This document shows positions 38,928 to 50,237 of a DNA stretch of 64,000 nt, piece after piece. Both the position numbers and the translations under genes were made by a program. The notes beneath the pieces are model-generated. The model did no database searches. It saw only the letters and a program-made list of their open reading frames with translations, and had not been told where the DNA came from. Positions within the stretch are counted from its first letter, which is position 1, and every line of letters begins with the position of its first letter. This DNA comes from Actinomycetota bacterium (GTDB lineage: Bacteria; Actinomycetota; Humimicrobiia; Humimicrobiales; Humimicrobiaceae), in the NCBI GenBank assembly GCA_012837825.1, contig DUQM01000015.1:11318-75317 (forward strand), written 5' to 3'.

Positions 38928-39913
38928 GAACCTGACAAATAAGATTTTATTGCTTTAAAATAATTACATGATCTTATAATATTTTTTCTTTTAAAAGTAA
39001 AAAGATATAATAATAAAAACAGAAAAGCTCTTTTGAGATTCCCGCAAAAACATAGAAAACTAATGACAAGCGCATGTTTTCCGGAATGATTTTTTTCAAA
39101 ATACAGTTTTCTGCTTTTCCATATTCCTTTTTCCCTGTTTGCAAAGTCCCTTAAAGCAATGGCGCTGTCCAGATGAATTATTTCAAAATCCGGAAAGTAA
39201 TAATTTTTATAGCCTTTTTTTTTCAGCCTCTTGCAGAGATCTGTATCTTCGCTGTACATGAAATAATCTTCATCAAATCCGTTCATGCTGAAAAATAATT
39301 CTTTCTTTATTAACAAAAAAGAACCTGAAACCCAGTCTACTTCCCTGCTTTCTCTATGATCCCACCATGTCATGAAATAAGAACCGAAAATGCGTGATTT
39401 CCTGAATAATTTTGCCAGAAAAAAACTTTCATAAAACTGTCTGGCAATTGTCGGGAATGTTCTGCAACTGAACTGAAGAGTGCCGTCTATATTCAGCGTC
39501 TTTACACCCAGAGCTCCCATCCTGTCGCCTGAATCTGCTTTTTCTTCTACAAAAGAAAGCAGAATATCAGGATTCTTTGTTTTTATCACTGTATCAGGGT
39601 TGAGAAATACAAGATACTCTGATTCTGCCTGTCTTGCTGCTTCATTTGAAGCAAAGCAAAAGCCTGTATTTGTTTTTGATTCAATCAGTCTCAAATTAGT
39701 ATTCATTAAGCATTTTTCTCTGAGAAATTCCAGGCTGCCATCTGTTGAACCGTTGTCGAAAAAAATCGCCTCCCAGACAGAATCATACGATTTTTTATAA
39801 TTAACAGCACTTTTTTCCCCGTAGCCGGTATTTAATTCCTCAAGGCTTTCCAAAAGCCCGTTCAGAAAATCCATACCATTATAATTTACTATTATGAAGC
39901 TTAATATTTTCAT
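38924..39913 (-). CDS. Glycosyltransferase family 2
   Basis: FIIVNYNGMDFL…, FFDNGSTDGS, LNPDTV and a (Q/E)xxRW-like region, typical of GT2 rhamnosyl/glucosyltransferases. Confidence 0.7.
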   Translation of the reverse strand: MKILSFIIVNYNGMDFLNGLLESLEELNTGYGEKSAVNYKKSYDSVWEAIFFDNGSTDGSLEFLREKCLMNTNLRLIESKTNTGFCFASNEAARQAESEYLVFLNPDTVIKTKNPDILLSFVEEKADSGDRMGALGVKTLNIDGTLQFSCRTFPTIARQFYESFFLAKLFRKSRIFGSYFMTWWDHRESREVDWVSGSFLLIKKELFFSMNGFDEDYFMYSEDTDLCKRLKKKGYKNYYFPDFEIIHLDSAIALRDFANREKGIWKSRKLYFEKNHSGKHALVISFLCFCGNLKRAFLFLLLYLFTFKRKNIIRSCNYFKAIKSYLSGS

Positions 39914-39942
39914 GAATTCAGTTCAGGTATAAATAAAAAATA

Positions 39943-41625
39943 TCAGTCTTTTTTTAATTTTTCGGTAGCTTCAGCAATAATTTTTAAAAGATTCTCTTCA
40001 AAATTTTTGTTTGAATATTTCCGGGAATCGCTTATTGCCCTGAATTTTATTTTATCAATATGATCATAATTTTTTATAACATAAATAGTCTTTTCTTTCA
40101 GCTCAGAAATATCTTCGAATTTAAAGCCGTTTACTGCCTCTTCTATTATTTCTTTCTGACCTCCCCTGTTTATAACAACAGGAATACATCCAGCAGACAT
40201 CGCTTCAACGGTTGTTATGCCGAAATGTTCAAATTTTGCAGGATTTTTATTTTCATCTTCATTCAGCCCGGCAGCATGCCAGAAGATCATTGCCTTTGAA
40301 AAAAGGTCTTTAAGCTCGCTCCAGGAAATATTGGTCCTTATTTCGATAGGATAACCCTCGGATATTTCTTTTATTTTTTCAACATATGCAGTATGGCTTT
40401 CCCGGTTTTCAAGACCGCCCGCAAGAATCAGTCTGTAATCTTTCATCTCATTCGGATCGGTTTTTACCATTTCTGTAAATGCTCTGGCAAGCTCATACTG
40501 TTTTTTATTATGATGCTCGGGGAAAAATCTTCCCACGCTCAGAATTATTTTTTCCTTTGATCCTGCCTTGAAGCTTTCAGTATCAACAGGAGGAAAAAGT
40601 ATTCTGCTGTCTTTTTTCCAGTATCTTTTTATCCAGTATTCCGTGTACCCTGATATTGACAGTATTTCATTATAACTTTCCAGAAATTTAAAACCTGAAG
40701 GATAGGTTACAAGAAACATCGGGATATATCCGAGAATTTTAAAAAAAATCTTTTTCGGAAGGCTGATATCTGATTCATCATATAAAACAACACCGAGCTT
40801 TCTTGAGTCCTGTTCCCGGCCGTTTTTACCTGAGGGAGTAAAAACATCGGAACTGATTTTAATATAACTGACTTCATCCGGTCTGACTGGTACTTTAATA
40901 CTCTTTTTCTGACCTGCCCCCAGATTCTCTTCAATGATTACAGAAGGAGACCGGGATACTGCTGACGGATGTACAGATATTCTTACGCTCATATTCTCCA
41001 GGCCGGTATCTACGGGATTTTTTATACCCAGCTTTATAAACAAATCATTATTCTTTTTATCATCTTCGGAAAAATACATATTATCCGGAATAAAGCTGCT
41101 TCTGTCTGCTCTTATTATTATTTCCCCGGTACTCCAGCTTCCTCTTCCAAGCATAAATCTTTTTAAATCATAAATTCCTTCAGTTATTTCGTTTCTTCCA
41201 GGAGATGAAAGAAATTTTTCAGATTTTCCGTAAAGCCATCTCGCCGGTTTCCTGAAAAAGGCCAGCAAAAAACGATGAACAGGCCTGAAGTCTGAATCAA
41301 ACGGAGTGGGAAAATAGCACACATATATATTGTATTTTGCCCTGGGCGCAAAAGCGCTTAAATAAGTTGCATTTATAAATATGTCATAGCCGCCTGTAAT
41401 GTTTTGAGCATAATCATCAGAAATAAAGGGCAGGATTCTCAGTTCCGTCTCTGACAGATCCAGGTTCAGCCTTTCAGAAACTTCCGATAAATCGCTGTAA
41501 AGATCTGTAATCAGATCAACCTTATAGTTATTATTTTTTGACAATACTTCTGCCATTTTACAGCTGTATCTTTCACCGCCGCCGAGAGTTGACAGATACC
41601 TGTCAAAAATACCGATTTTTATCAT
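39943..41625 (-). CDS. Glycosyltransferase family 4 (GT-B, RfaB-like) with extended N-terminal domain
   Basis: C-terminal GT4 donor-binding region (…GITTVEAMSAGCIPVVINRGGQKEII…) and a large N-terminal domain of about 330 aa. Confidence 0.65.
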   Translation of the reverse strand: MIKIGIFDRYLSTLGGGERYSCKMAEVLSKNNNYKVDLITDLYSDLSEVSERLNLDLSETELRILPFISDDYAQNITGGYDIFINATYLSAFAPRAKYNIYVCYFPTPFDSDFRPVHRFLLAFFRKPARWLYGKSEKFLSSPGRNEITEGIYDLKRFMLGRGSWSTGEIIIRADRSSFIPDNMYFSEDDKKNNDLFIKLGIKNPVDTGLENMSVRISVHPSAVSRSPSVIIEENLGAGQKKSIKVPVRPDEVSYIKISSDVFTPSGKNGREQDSRKLGVVLYDESDISLPKKIFFKILGYIPMFLVTYPSGFKFLESYNEILSISGYTEYWIKRYWKKDSRILFPPVDTESFKAGSKEKIILSVGRFFPEHHNKKQYELARAFTEMVKTDPNEMKDYRLILAGGLENRESHTAYVEKIKEISEGYPIEIRTNISWSELKDLFSKAMIFWHAAGLNEDENKNPAKFEHFGITTVEAMSAGCIPVVINRGGQKEIIEEAVNGFKFEDISELKEKTIYVIKNYDHIDKIKFRAISDSRKYSNKNFEENLLKIIAEATEKLKKD

Positions 41626-41707
41626 CTTGCTTTGATCACTCTTTTTTAATCAATTTTTTATTCCGGAAACAAAACCTGATATCCAATAATAATAAAAAAA
41701 GAAAAAA

Positions 41708-43210
41708 TTAAAAATCATTTAACCATTTTATTATTTCATCATCGCTTATAATTTTATTTTTTCTTATTTTTATTCTTTCCGGAAGTTTCCGGAAAAACAG
41801 TATAAAAAATTCAAAAAGTATTCTTATCCTTATAGGGACATCCGGTCTTGAAGAAGATATTTTTCTTATTTTTAAAATTATCCCGTATGCCAGGCCAATG
41901 AATGCCGATGCAGCAAAAGACAGATAATTTTTTATAAATGCTCCGAACCATGCACATTTGTATATCATCAGCATCCTGTTTCTCAGCACATGATATGTAA
42001 AGCTATATGACCATTCTGTTCCGGACCCGCAATGCAGATGTCTTAGCACAGAATCAGCACAGATATAACTTCTGTATCCTGAAAGTTTAAGGCGCCAGAA
42101 AAAATCTATATCTTCATAATATGTGAAAAATTTACTGTCAAAAAAGCCTGCAGCCTCCAGAACGCTTTTTCTGCATAAAAATCCTGTGCCGGGTATGGCA
42201 AATACTTCTGTTATTTTTTCATCCCGGGCTGCCGGAATTTCTGCCTGGGTTCTTGTGTCTGATTCTGAATCAAATTCGTCATAACCTATTTCTTTTGCAT
42301 AGAATTTTTTATTTATCATGCTGCCTCTGCTGTTCACAATATATCGCGGGGCCTGCAAACCGGCATCATTAATTTCAAATGCAATTATTTCCCTGTTGTT
42401 TTCAATTGTTTTTGAAATAATTTCCTTATCTGCGATTTTTATATTAATCCTCTCACCGACCGGCAGGACTGAAAAATCAATTCTGATACTTATTTTAAAA
42501 TTACTGTCAGGCACAGGAATTCCTATAAGAGATTTTCTTTCAGTTTTATAAATAATCTCCCCATTGCTGTTCCTTCCTGCAGGGACTATTCCCGAAAGAT
42601 ATCTTATGCTTCTTTTTAGTAAAAACCCGGTAATTTCACTTTCATTTTTTTGCTGTTGCTGTGATTCATGGGATTTATCATAAATTTCAGAAATAATATT
42701 TAATTCAATTTTGTTTATTTCAGCACAATGGGTGTCGCCGCTGCCGCTACCTGTATTATTCCTTTCAAAACAGATGTTCAGCGGGTAATAGCGGTAATAA
42801 AAAAATATCTTTGAGCCTATTGCCCCGACTTTGCAGCTTCTGTTCCCGGAATCAGCTGATTCCTTTTCTTTTTCGAATAAAGCCCTGACCATCGCTAAAA
42901 GCCATCCGGGTTCAGCCACACAATCATTATTGATTATTGCAATTAGTTCTCCGTCTGCATGGCTTAAACCGATATTATTTCCTTCTGCAAATCCGGTATT
43001 TTTCCTGCATCTGATTATTTTTACAAAAGGGAAATTTTCCTGTGTAAAGCGGACTGAATCATCGCCGGAAGCATTGTCAACCATTATGATCTGGATTTTA
43101 TCTTTCGGATAGTCCAGGAGGCTGAGCGATTCAAACAGATTTTTGAGATAAACTTTTCCGTTATAATTTACTGTTATAATGGAAACAAGAGGCAAAGAAT
43201 TTAAATTCAA
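41708..43210 (-). CDS. Glycosyltransferase family 2 with long internal insertion
   Basis: The N-terminus VSIITVNYNGKVYL…IMVDNASGDDS…IINNDCV is split from the C-terminal GT2 region (…YYEDIDFFWRLKLSGY…) by an insert of about 200 aa. Confidence 0.65.
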   Translation of the reverse strand: MNLNSLPLVSIITVNYNGKVYLKNLFESLSLLDYPKDKIQIIMVDNASGDDSVRFTQENFPFVKIIRCRKNTGFAEGNNIGLSHADGELIAIINNDCVAEPGWLLAMVRALFEKEKESADSGNRSCKVGAIGSKIFFYYRYYPLNICFERNNTGSGSGDTHCAEINKIELNIISEIYDKSHESQQQQKNESEITGFLLKRSIRYLSGIVPAGRNSNGEIIYKTERKSLIGIPVPDSNFKISIRIDFSVLPVGERINIKIADKEIISKTIENNREIIAFEINDAGLQAPRYIVNSRGSMINKKFYAKEIGYDEFDSESDTRTQAEIPAARDEKITEVFAIPGTGFLCRKSVLEAAGFFDSKFFTYYEDIDFFWRLKLSGYRSYICADSVLRHLHCGSGTEWSYSFTYHVLRNRMLMIYKCAWFGAFIKNYLSFAASAFIGLAYGIILKIRKISSSRPDVPIRIRILFEFFILFFRKLPERIKIRKNKIISDDEIIKWLNDF

Positions 43211-43233
43211 TTATTACCTTTCGGAAAAATTTC

Positions 43234-45546
43234 CTAAAGTTTTCTTGCAAGAAAATATCTGCTTGTAAACTGAAGGCCTATCAGTTTGTCGATATTATCA
43301 AAATCCTTGCTTATAAGATCTATTTTATCTTCGATTCCGGCTTTTTCCTCAGTGCCGGTCTTTAAATTTGAAATTATCTGCTTAAGCTCATTCATATCAT
43401 AGCCAAGATTTTTTATTTCAAACATAAGCTGTTTAAATATATTAAAATATATAAGTATGAGCCTTTCCCTGTTTTTCCTGTTAAGCTCGTTAATTTCATT
43501 GTTTATCTGCAGATGAATATTGTTGTTAATTGATTTCATGACTTCATTGAAACTCTTCCTTACATTCTCAAAATAAAGACTCGTAAGTGAATAGAAATAT
43601 TTTTTCAATTTCCCTTTTACCGATCTGTCACTGTTAAGCTCTTCGGAACTCAGGATATCAAACTTGCTTAAAAGCTTTAAGCTCCTGAAATTATCCTGTT
43701 TCATCTTAATCTCAAATAATTCAAATAATTCATTTTTGCCGTATATCTCTCCTATCTCGGAATAAGCTTTTGAAAGATCTGATTCTTCATCGGATTTTTC
43801 ATAATTTCCTTTTTCTATAATGTCAAACCCTACATTTTTCAGGATATATTCGATTGTAAAGTTGTCTATGGTTTCTCTGTTGTCAAATGATTTTCCGCTA
43901 ATATTTACCAGCTGGCTGAGGCCTTTTTTTTCAGGAATTGAGAAAAACAATATTCCGTCATTTTTTAGCCGCATATTTATAATATTTACTATGTCATAAA
44001 AATTTTTGGAGGTAAGGCTTTGAAATGCATTATTGACTATGACTGTATCAAAACTGGTTCTTTTAAGAATTAAATTCTTTATCCTGCTTATTGTCCCCTG
44101 ATAATTGTCGTCAATTTTGTTTTTTTCAGATTCAGGATTTGTTTCAATAAAAAAGACTTTCCCAAGTTCATTTTCGCCGATATATTGCGCATCTCTGTTT
44201 TTGTTATCCGTTATGAATAAAGCATTTGTAATACCTTCAATATTATTCTTGACAAGATTTATCATTTTTTTATTCTGCATCTCAATGATTTTAAAAAGAT
44301 TCTTCTTGTCCGGTGCAGGTTCTGACTTTGCACAGTAATCAGCCAGAGGTGCGGCTACATTCTGCCATAAATATTTAGGTGCAATCTTATTAAGGTTTCT
44401 CTTGTATATTTCCCTCAGGCTTTTATTGGAAAGAGTGCTGTCAAGAACACGCGCAAGATTCTGAGCATTCTCATACTTAACTACTTCTCCGATATTTTCT
44501 TCCTTGACCAGTTTTGCTATTGAATCTCCCTCAGTTGTAATTATGGGAAGCCTTGCCCATATATAGTCCATTACTCTGGTTCTGTATGAAAACTCGGTCT
44601 CTATTCTTTTCTGGTGAATTGATATTCCCACATCCGCTTCCAGAAGAAAATTCTGTCTAAGATCATAGGGAGCCCATTCATTGAAAAACACATATTCATC
44701 CAGAAGCTCAAGCTCTTTGCAGAAATTTATCGCTTCTATGCATTTCTGCATTTCGGGGAGTTTGGGGTCAGGATGCTTAATGCCTAAAAATACAAGCTTT
44801 ATATCGTTTCTGTGCCTTGAAAGCTCCCAGACAGATTTAATAGCTGTAATCGGGTCAAGCCAGTTCCATATGCCTCCGCCCCAGAGGATTATCTTGTCCT
44901 CAGCTTTTATTTTTGGAAAAACAGTTCTTATCATTTCCCGGTTATGCTCAGGAGCATTTGCGGGTATCCCGAAAGGCACAACATCTATAAGCTTTCTCAG
45001 TGAACTGTCATTGTCATAATTATAAGGGTTTATTCTACCAAGAGAAGCCAGCATGCCTATCCAGTAATCTCTTTGTTTCTCACTTGCGCAAATAAAAAAA
45101 TCTCCGATTGAAAGCTGTGTATTAAGTATATTAAGGTTATTTTTGTCAATCCTGACTCTTTCTGCCTCATTTTCATTCCTGTACATTTCAAGGCTCTCGA
45201 GGTTAAAAGGATTGTAAAGGTCAACAACTATCTTTCCTTTGAAATTTCTGATATATGGGAAGTAATAAAGAAGATGCCCCTGTATAAAAATGGTATCTGC
45301 AGATTCCATGGCTTTTTGTATGGATTTGTAATTATTTAAATCATAGGTAAAAGATCTGAAGCCCGGTGTTCCTATATCAATCTTATTGGGTACGGCAAGA
45401 GTTACATCGCAAACTGCTGAAAGAATTTTGGATAATTCATAGAATCTAATTCCCGGACCGGCCATATTCTGTCCGACAAAATCATAGCTTATTATCAGAA
45501 CTCTTTTCTTCCCAATTATATTTTCAGAAATTATCTCATTTTCCAT
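43234..45546 (-). CDS. Multidomain glycosyltransferase (GT4-like N-terminal module) fused to a class I SAM-dependent methyltransferase-like domain and C-terminal coiled coil
   Basis: The N-terminal ~420 aa are paralogous to the C-terminal module of the 61608.. ORF (QLSIGDFFICASEKQRDYWIGMLASLGRINP…IDVVPFG versus QLYWGDFFLCASERQRDFWLGMLAALNRINP…IDVVPFG). The middle region VIVNNAFQSL…DGILFFSIPEKKG resembles an MTase. The C-terminus is rich in heptads. Confidence 0.55.
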   Translation of the reverse strand: MENEIISENIIGKKRVLIISYDFVGQNMAGPGIRFYELSKILSAVCDVTLAVPNKIDIGTPGFRSFTYDLNNYKSIQKAMESADTIFIQGHLLYYFPYIRNFKGKIVVDLYNPFNLESLEMYRNENEAERVRIDKNNLNILNTQLSIGDFFICASEKQRDYWIGMLASLGRINPYNYDNDSSLRKLIDVVPFGIPANAPEHNREMIRTVFPKIKAEDKIILWGGGIWNWLDPITAIKSVWELSRHRNDIKLVFLGIKHPDPKLPEMQKCIEAINFCKELELLDEYVFFNEWAPYDLRQNFLLEADVGISIHQKRIETEFSYRTRVMDYIWARLPIITTEGDSIAKLVKEENIGEVVKYENAQNLARVLDSTLSNKSLREIYKRNLNKIAPKYLWQNVAAPLADYCAKSEPAPDKKNLFKIIEMQNKKMINLVKNNIEGITNALFITDNKNRDAQYIGENELGKVFFIETNPESEKNKIDDNYQGTISRIKNLILKRTSFDTVIVNNAFQSLTSKNFYDIVNIINMRLKNDGILFFSIPEKKGLSQLVNISGKSFDNRETIDNFTIEYILKNVGFDIIEKGNYEKSDEESDLSKAYSEIGEIYGKNELFELFEIKMKQDNFRSLKLLSKFDILSSEELNSDRSVKGKLKKYFYSLTSLYFENVRKSFNEVMKSINNNIHLQINNEINELNRKNRERLILIYFNIFKQLMFEIKNLGYDMNELKQIISNLKTGTEEKAGIEDKIDLISKDFDNIDKLIGLQFTSRYFLARKL

Positions 45547-45630
45547 AGAAACTCCTGTAATTGATTGTTTAAAGTTTAATAATAGAATAAATTCAGATTA
45601 ATTAAAATAATTAAATGTTTTTTAATTGGT

Positions 45631-46677
45631 TCATACAGATAAGTATAGCTTTTTTATTTTATACAGTCTTAGTGAATTTCCGGCCTTGATAAAAAGATTT
45701 AACAGACAGAAAACCGAATTTATAAGATATGCTTTTATTAAAGGGCCTGCCTGGTCTCTGGTTGCCATTGTCTTAAGCCACTTCGGTTCAAGCAAAAAAA
45801 AGATTTTAAATATTCCTGCAAAAGACGAATTAATGACTGCGCACCTTATTCGGTTTTTATGATAGTAGTAATAAAAATTTTTTGAAAACTTTCTGCTTGA
45901 AGCACCCTCAAAGTGCCTTGTGACTGAAGAAGGTTCAGCAATTATTTTAAGACCCAGCCTTTTTACCTTGAGGCAGTAATCAAGCTCCTCAAAGTAAGCC
46001 GGTCTGTAACCACTGTCAAATCCCCCAAGACTCCTGAACAAATCAAAAGGTGTCATAAAAAAAGCTCCTGTTACATAATCAGGATTGATTTTTTCAAGAG
46101 AATCCAGATAGGAAGCATCATTATTTATTATTTTTCCAATATCAATATTGTCATTTTGTTCTTTGTGATAGGTCACAAAGTTTGGCAGCATATATCCCCC
46201 CAGATTCTGCACACTATCACTGTCATATTCAAGGATAAGTCCGCCTGCAGCCCCTATATTGCTGCTCCTGCCGCCATGAGAATCATAGCCGTCATTTCGT
46301 TTGTTCCCGCGAAAGATATTTATGAGGTTTTGAATTGAATAGTCGTCAAGAACCATGTCGGGATTGATTAAAAGAATATAATCAAATTCCGTTTCAATAT
46401 TTTTTCTTTTCGGCAAACTTTTAAAGACAGCAAAATTAATCGCTCCGGCAAAACCTTTGTTTTTCTTCAGTTTTATGAATCTGAAATTTGAGGGAGGGAT
46501 TCTGCTCTCCGCATTTCTGTAATTTTTTACTATTTCAACAGTTTTGTCAGTTGAAGCATTATCGATGACAAACAAAGTAAAATTCTTAAAATTCTGGTTT
46601 GCTATTGAGAAAAGACACCTTTCAATAAAATTCTCACTATTATAGGTCACAACAACTATAAGTATTCTATTTTCCAT
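45631..46677 (-). CDS. Glycosyltransferase family 2
   Basis: ILIVVVTYNSENFI…FVIDNASTD…LINPDMV and YFEELDY motifs. Confidence 0.7.
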   Translation of the reverse strand: MENRILIVVVTYNSENFIERCLFSIANQNFKNFTLFVIDNASTDKTVEIVKNYRNAESRIPPSNFRFIKLKKNKGFAGAINFAVFKSLPKRKNIETEFDYILLINPDMVLDDYSIQNLINIFRGNKRNDGYDSHGGRSSNIGAAGGLILEYDSDSVQNLGGYMLPNFVTYHKEQNDNIDIGKIINNDASYLDSLEKINPDYVTGAFFMTPFDLFRSLGGFDSGYRPAYFEELDYCLKVKRLGLKIIAEPSSVTRHFEGASSRKFSKNFYYYYHKNRIRCAVINSSFAGIFKIFFLLEPKWLKTMATRDQAGPLIKAYLINSVFCLLNLFIKAGNSLRLYKIKKLYLSV

Positions 46678-46683
46678 AAGTTT

Positions 46684-48141
46684 TTAAGTTTTTCTTATTT
46701 TTCTTTTCAGGATTTTAAAATATCCGTATATTCTTCTTAGCGGGTTTCTGCTTGCAATACTTTCAAGCTCCTGTATCCTTGAGTCTTTTTCTTTTATCAT
46801 TTTTGACTGGTTTTTTATAATTTTGTCGCAGTTTTTAAGAGCTTCTTCTTTTTCAAAAAAAATCCGTTTTTCCGTATTTCTGTCAGGAGCAAAACCCGGA
46901 TGAAGCACCCATTCCGTAAAAGGTTTTGAAGTTTCAGCAAAGCTGAAATAATCGGAGGCATAATTCTTTGCTTTGAGAGCTGTTTTCTTAAGCTCTTCTT
47001 TTTTATATGAAAGCTCAACCAGCTTTTCAGAAAGATTCTCAGGATCATGCGGTTTGAAGGTATAACCTATTTTTTCTTTTTCCATTATTTTCGTAAGTTC
47101 GCACACATTGGATGAAAGAACAGGAAGGCCTGCCCTCATCCAGTCAAGTATCCTGCTCTTGCTTCCCAGCTTCACCTCGTAAATATCTCTGTCTATATTT
47201 ATTCCAATGTCTGCTTCAAAGTAATAATTGGGTACATCTTTTCCGTTTATCCAACCCATTAAAACAAAGTTTTCCTCAAAAGCGCTTTTATTTATAAGTT
47301 CCTTAAAATGAGGATAGGTGGTAATATCCTGTTCAGGTATTTCTCCCCCCGTTGAAACAAATTTTATTTTCGGATTTATTTTCATTGCTGATGTCAGTCC
47401 CTGAAATAAAGTATCCACATCTGTCCAGGTATTAAAACCCCCGGTCCATAAAACTACAAAATCATCATCCCGGATTTTACCTGTTCCGCGGAAAACCCGT
47501 TTCTCATGAACATATTTCTCGTCCGGTATCCCTATGGGTATTACTCTTGTAAATTCATATCCGGAAGTTTTTCTGTTTAGTCTTCCCGCTGCTCCAAGCT
47601 CGCCAATTGTTGCATAAGCCTGTCTGCCTGAGACACATGAAAGTATATCTGCATTTCTTATAATGCTGTATTCTTTGTTCCAGTAATGAAAAAGGCATTC
47701 ATCTGAATCATCTATAAAAGCTCTTGCCTGTCCTTCGGCCATCACATGTCCGAACAGGTCGGCCCAAAACGGTAAATCTGCCTTCCCTCTTAAAAACTGA
47801 ACTGTTTCCGAAGCTGCAAAGCTTGGGTAAAATGTTGCTCCCGCTATGACATCCGGGGAGAAATCCGAAACAAGACCTGACAATAAACCGATATCCTCAA
47901 AATCCTGTGGAGATATGATGTGATTTAAAAATGACCTGCCGTCATATGATTTTTTTTTATTCAGCACGCTTTTGAAATCACTGTCAAATGCTGAAGGAAT
48001 TGCATAAGAGATAAGGCACACTTCATGATTTTCCCTCAAAAGAGGCATTAAGAACTGCCAAGTTCTTATTCCCGTTCCATATGCTTTTTTTTCATTTTCA
48101 AACGGGAGAGGACTCATTCCGAAAAGAACGACCTTGCTCAT
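46684..48141 (-). CDS. Glycosyltransferase family 4-like with C-terminal coiled-coil tail
   Basis: GT-B fold features (…LMGWINGKDVPNYYFEADIGINIDRD…LDWMRAGLPVLSSN…) and a C-terminal KIIKNQSKMIKEKDSRIQELE coiled coil. Confidence 0.6.
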   Translation of the reverse strand: MSKVVLFGMSPLPFENEKKAYGTGIRTWQFLMPLLRENHEVCLISYAIPSAFDSDFKSVLNKKKSYDGRSFLNHIISPQDFEDIGLLSGLVSDFSPDVIAGATFYPSFAASETVQFLRGKADLPFWADLFGHVMAEGQARAFIDDSDECLFHYWNKEYSIIRNADILSCVSGRQAYATIGELGAAGRLNRKTSGYEFTRVIPIGIPDEKYVHEKRVFRGTGKIRDDDFVVLWTGGFNTWTDVDTLFQGLTSAMKINPKIKFVSTGGEIPEQDITTYPHFKELINKSAFEENFVLMGWINGKDVPNYYFEADIGINIDRDIYEVKLGSKSRILDWMRAGLPVLSSNVCELTKIMEKEKIGYTFKPHDPENLSEKLVELSYKKEELKKTALKAKNYASDYFSFAETSKPFTEWVLHPGFAPDRNTEKRIFFEKEEALKNCDKIIKNQSKMIKEKDSRIQELESIASRNPLRRIYGYFKILKRKIRKT

Positions 48142-48270
48142 TGATTTCCTTAAATTTTATGATGGCTTTATAATAGTATTAATTTGCCTTAAGCTTTCAT
48201 TTATTATATATTTACTTAAAATTAAAATGCAAATTTATGTTTAAGAAAGCCCTTTCGGAAATAATACAGG

Positions 48271-50061
48271 ATGCGGACTACAGCAATAATAATTACGATA
48301 CTTTTTGTTCTGGCTTTAAGTCTTTTACTTGTTTTTGCCTTTAATTTTCTTTCTCCGTCCGGCAGAACAATCAACGATGGGAAAGAAATAATCACCACTA
48401 CCCGGACAACTTCCGGCACTGATGGGAATACAGCCACTTCCGGACAGACAACTGCTGCCGGGCCTGAAAAAGAAGATATGTCCATAGAAAAAATTGAAGT
48501 TTACCTTGACGGCACAAAAGAAGCCGGGGGAATTTTTCTTGGCGAAGCAGAATACGGACTTGCTTCTCCTGAAACTGAAAGCATGTATGGAGGAGAATTT
48601 TCAAAATCCGGATTTGAGCTTTCCTGGGACAGCACCGGATATGTCTTTGAGCCCGGTACAACCCATAGTTTTTATGTTTATGCATATATTACAGGCTCCG
48701 GATGGGAATATGCCAGAGAAACCATAACAGTGCCGGGTGAACGCCTGCAATCTTCAAATATAAAATTTTTTATTGATACTCCCGCAAACGGCAGCATTGT
48801 CGAACAGGAAACAAATATAGGAGGGTGGGCAGTTAATGCTTCGGTTCCTGATTCGCCGGGGATTTCAGCAATAGAACTTTACCTGAATGGCCCAAAAGGT
48901 TTTGGGAAAAAAGTCGGAAATGCTTCGCTCGGGGCAGCAAGAGAAGATGTGGCGGCATCAACAGGCAATCCTGCATATCTGAACAGCGGCTTTAATTTTC
49001 TGCTTCCTGCAAATATATTCGAGCCCGGAACAGATAATTCTTTATACTGCTATGCAGTTTCGGCAAATGGAGAAAGTTATGAGAACATCCTTGAGTTAAA
49101 ATCTGCAGGCAGCAGAAAAGATCAGACTGCCGTTATTTCTGTTGATAATAATATAACCTCTGAAATCGTGCAGGGTTTTGTTAAAATCCGGGGCTGGGCG
49201 GTCTTAAAGAAATCTTTTCAGGAAAACATCGTCGCAGGTACGGAAGAGAAACAATACAGCATAAAGAAAATAGTATTTACTTCGGCAAGAACAGGTAATG
49301 AGGATATATTTTCAATGAATATTGATGGATCGGAACTGACTCAGCTTACAGATAATCCTTCAAACGACATGTATCCCCAGATAAATCCGGATGGAACCAA
49401 AATCCTTTATACTTCAGACATAAACGGAACCTGGCAGATTATGAGCATGAATACTGACGGTTCAGAAAAAAAACAGCTCACAAACGGAAGATACCGAAGT
49501 GGATTTCCTACAATGACATTTGAGGGAAAATATATTTTTTACGAAGTGTATATTGATAATAACTGGGAGTTATTCAGAATGAATTCAGATGGAACAAATC
49601 AGATCAGGCTTACCTTCAGTCCGGGTATTGATGACTGGCACCCATTCGCCCATCCTTTTGAGTTTAAAATAATATATGAATCCGGTTCCATAGGCAATGA
49701 AGATATCTATTTCATGAACTACAATGGTTCAGATATAAGCAGAGTTTCTGATTTTCAGATAAGAAAAAGAGTTCCCGGTATTTCAAAAGACGGGAAATAT
49801 ATTGTCTTTGCCGGTTATGAACAAAATTTTTCTTCAATATTTATAATGAATTCTGACGGAAGCGGGCTGAAGAAACTTACCGACAATCCGGCATATAATG
49901 TCCAGCCCTGCATTTCTCCTGATAATCAGTTTATTGCTTTTTACAGCGATATAACGGGAAATGATGAAATATATATAATGAATCTTGACGGCTCGGATAT
50001 CCGGAAACTGACAGATATCCCGGGGGATGACTGGGGACCTGTATTTTTATATCAGGAATAA
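48271..50061 (+). CDS. Secreted/anchored TolB-like PD40 beta-propeller protein with Thr-rich linker and Ig-like middle region
   Basis: N-terminal signal-anchor, a TTTRTTSGTDGNTATSGQTTAAG linker, and a C-terminal series of PD40/WD40-like blades repeating the pattern DG(S/T)xIx(F/Y)xSD(R/I)xGxxEI(Y/F)xMNxDGSxxxxLTDNP. Confidence 0.7.
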   Translation: MRTTAIIITILFVLALSLLLVFAFNFLSPSGRTINDGKEIITTTRTTSGTDGNTATSGQTTAAGPEKEDMSIEKIEVYLDGTKEAGGIFLGEAEYGLASPETESMYGGEFSKSGFELSWDSTGYVFEPGTTHSFYVYAYITGSGWEYARETITVPGERLQSSNIKFFIDTPANGSIVEQETNIGGWAVNASVPDSPGISAIELYLNGPKGFGKKVGNASLGAAREDVAASTGNPAYLNSGFNFLLPANIFEPGTDNSLYCYAVSANGESYENILELKSAGSRKDQTAVISVDNNITSEIVQGFVKIRGWAVLKKSFQENIVAGTEEKQYSIKKIVFTSARTGNEDIFSMNIDGSELTQLTDNPSNDMYPQINPDGTKILYTSDINGTWQIMSMNTDGSEKKQLTNGRYRSGFPTMTFEGKYIFYEVYIDNNWELFRMNSDGTNQIRLTFSPGIDDWHPFAHPFEFKIIYESGSIGNEDIYFMNYNGSDISRVSDFQIRKRVPGISKDGKYIVFAGYEQNFSSIFIMNSDGSGLKKLTDNPAYNVQPCISPDNQFIAFYSDITGNDEIYIMNLDGSDIRKLTDIPGDDWGPVFLYQE

Positions 50062-50237
50062 TTAATAATATTCATCATAAATAAGCCGGTAGTGCGTAAG
50101 GAAGCTGCTGCATTTATTTCAGAAATAATCAATAATATCCATAACCCGGATAGCCGTTCTATTTAAATTTTACATAACAAATAAAGATAAAAAGTGGCTG
50201 ATCTTTTAAAATATCGAACGGTTTTAAACCAGCTATA